In this document: piece after piece, positions 62,074-64,000 of the stretch
Position numbering within the stretch: the first letter of the stretch is position 1
Layout: every line of letters begins with the position of its first letter
DNA from: Podarcis filfolensis
Taxonomy: Eukaryota
Length of the DNA stretch: 64,000 bases
Assembly: GCA_964270895.1 (NCBI GenBank)
Contig: OZ185439.1
Strand: one strand, 5' to 3'
Made by a program: the position numbers and the translations under genes
The notes under the pieces: generated by a model
What the model was told of the DNA's origin: nothing
Database searches by the model: none
The model's input: the letters and a program-made list of their open reading frames with translations, nothing else

Positions 62074-62929
62074 GCCTTTAATGACAGACCGGACATAATT
62101 ACAATAATTAATAAAAAAGCAACTAATCATATACATAGTCACTCATTTCTTGGAACTGTCATGTCTCTAAAGTGACAACTAGTCACCACCATCAAGCAAA
62201 GGAAGGTTTGCCTCCATCATGGGCTGACTGAGTTCCAACTGCTCAGCCCCAGCCCCTCATAGGTGGAGACTAAAGGGCAACATCAGAGAAGGCAAAGAAA
62301 AAGGGCAGGAAATGGCACTTGAATAATCCTGGCATCATAAGAATACCATACCTATTTCTGATGCCAGTACCAGGGTTCAATGCAAGTGGTTACAACTCTT
62401 TATAACAAGGATGGCTAACCTGCAGGACTCCAGAAGTTGCAGAACTGCGGTTTCCATAATCCCTCGCCGTGCTTCTTGTGATAATTGTTGAGATTCTCTT
62501 GGGGCTATAAAGTCAGCTAGTAGTACTCTAAATAAATGAAGTTTATTGCATAGCCAACATAATAATTGTCACTGAGGCGGTTCCTGTCGCACATACAGAA
62601 GCCGGCCAAACTGGCGGCTGACTCTTACTTCAGTGTACTGGTGTTGAGGAGGCAGCCTCCTCCACTACACTGGAGGGCAGAGGTTGGCTTAACTTGTGCA
62701 GGCCAACTTCCAGCACCTCACAGCACCCTTCAGCACCAGATACCCGAGGCGGCAGGGTGGGCCCTGGCTTACATGGCAGAGCTGGCATGCAGCAAAGTGT
62801 TAGGGGCACGACCCTGAGGAAACCTGATCCTGCGCCTCCTCCTCTTTTCTGCCCGTCTGACAGGCGGCGTCACGAGGACTTCTGAGGAACTCGAAAACTT
62901 GCTCACTATTTCGTGGCATTTCAGTTGGC

Positions 62930-63830
62930 CCCGGCAAAGGCCAAAGAGTGGGTTTCGTAATCTCGCCCCCCTCTTTCTCGCTTCCCTTCTCCTCCGCCCG
63001 CCTCCCTCTCCAGCGCTCTATCCTTTCGGGCCGCTCTCCGTTGTTTTATCCGGCCCCGGGGAGGGAAGCTTCCCGCCCCGCCCCCTACCTCCCCCGACGC
63101 GGCGGCAGAGGCCTGACTGACTGACTGCCAGACCTAAGGACACGCGCAGGCAGCTCTTCAGGCAGCGGCCCCTGTAGGCCGAGCAGCGGCGGCGGCAGGA
63201 GAGGGAGTAGCGGCGGCGCCAGCAGAGGCAGGCGCTCGGCTTCCGGGCGGCCCCGGTGGGTGTCGTTCTCCGTCCGCGCCACGGTGTCTCCTGAGGCGAG
63301 GGAGCGGGAAGAGAAGCGGAGAGAAGCAGCCGCCCCGCTTCGCTTCGGTAGCCGACCCGATCGCCGCGGCCAGGCCCCCCGCATGCAGTCCTCACCCTGG
63401 AGCGGCGGCGGCGGATCGAGGAGCTCTCGCGATCCTCCCGGCAGAGGCTGCTCCAGTCCAGGGACAGGATGTTCTCCAAGTTCACCTCCATCCTGCAGCA
63501 CGCCGTGGAGGCGGTAAGGCCACCGGCAGCGCCCGCCACGCAAGCCCGGGGATCCTGTTGGGCCTAAGATGGGGAACGCGCTTTTGGGGGGCCCCCTCGC
63601 GATCCCCCTCGCTTTGCTCTGCTGCCGGCTTCGTCCCTTTAACTGCCATGCCCTCCTTCCTTCCCTCCGACGCCGGATAGTTTTATTTCTGCCTTAGGAC
63701 GAGGGGACGGGAGCTTGCTCTTTTCCTCCCAGTCTCCGGGTTGGGCGGGTTACGTGGCTCTGTCCTGTTTCTGGCTCAGTCGAAGCCTCTGAGCGATCAC
63801 GAGTCGGGGCCCCGCAACGAAAGCCAGGAG
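62930..63830 (+). promoter_or_regulatory. CpG island: promoter and 5' UTR of FHIP2A
   Basis: CpG-dense, with tandem Sp1-type boxes (CCCGCCCCGCCCC near 63072-63085), GGC-repeat 5' UTR and TCTCGCGA at 63425-63432; surrounds FHIP2A exon 1. Confidence 0.85.
63469..63513 (+). CDS. FHIP2A: First coding exon of FHF complex subunit HOOK-interacting protein 2A (FAM160B1)
   Basis: ATG TTC TCC AAG TTC ACC TCC ATC CTG CAG CAC GCC GTG GAG GCG = MFSKFTSILQHAVEA, matching the recalled N-terminus of vertebrate FHIP2A. It is followed by a phase-0 donor GCG|gtaagg at 63514, has A at -3 of the ATG and lies in a CpG island. Confidence 0.93.
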
Positions 63831-64000
63831 CCTTCAAGTTCTTCGTTTATTTGCTAGTTAAGTTTGTATGCCGTCTTTCCAACAAAGGGTGCTCGGGGTG
63901 GCCAACTACAAATACGCATGCACACGTGTAATAAAATACACTGAAACTTTAGTACAGTAGTCTTTATTTATTTAACTATTTTTATCACCCTGCTCTTACG

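Noticed and set aside
62480-62860. LTR-like segment (TG..CA, reverse-strand AATAAA) upstream of FHIP2A
   Set aside because: No target-site duplication at any candidate end; cannot be supported without a repeat library search.
63018-63543. 173-aa and 152-aa minus-strand ORFs over FHIP2A exon 1
   Set aside because: Antisense to a recognised exon in a CpG island; no recognisable domain.
1-64000. Prokaryotic-style systems (CRISPR arrays, operons, defence islands), NUMTs or retrogenes
   Set aside because: No regularly spaced repeat-spacer array, no gene-dense region, and no mitochondrial or processed coding sequence recognised. The window is vertebrate intronic and intergenic DNA.

Overview
This is vertebrate, almost certainly squamate (lizard) genomic DNA. 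The repeat content (RTE/Bov-B LINE, tRNA-headed SINEs with CR1-type tails, MIR-derived SINEs, L2 tails, hAT and Tigger-like MITEs) fits a lacertid, which is an inference. The window spans the divergent 5' ends of two genes. At the right end, a CpG island holds the first coding exon of FHIP2A/FAM160B1 (+; 63469-63513, MFSKFTSILQHAVEA then GT donor). About 12.7 kb to its left, a second CpG island holds a 13-nt minus-strand first coding exon (ATG TCC ACC AGA G|gtgagt, MSTR-), assigned to ABLIM1 from the recalled MSTR-VAHPQ isoform and the mammalian ABLIM1/FHIP2A head-to-head arrangement. Bases 1-50750 would then be ABLIM1 intron. The only long ORF (428 aa, 19150-20436) is a 5'-truncated, apparently young Bov-B reverse transcriptase with a perfect 12-bp TSD; the other short ORFs in the track look spurious. 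I found no convincing new multi-gene system. The most striking unexplained structure is a 108-bp near-perfect hairpin (16425-16532) whose junctions read as a multi-step template-switch insertion into a MITE. Other leads are three co-oriented CTCF-like motifs between the promoters, out-of-frame upstream AUGs at both genes, a dense TAAT cluster, a solo LTR and a few low-confidence cryptic exon or micropeptide candidates. Coordinates were counted by hand; boundaries of old repeats are approximate.
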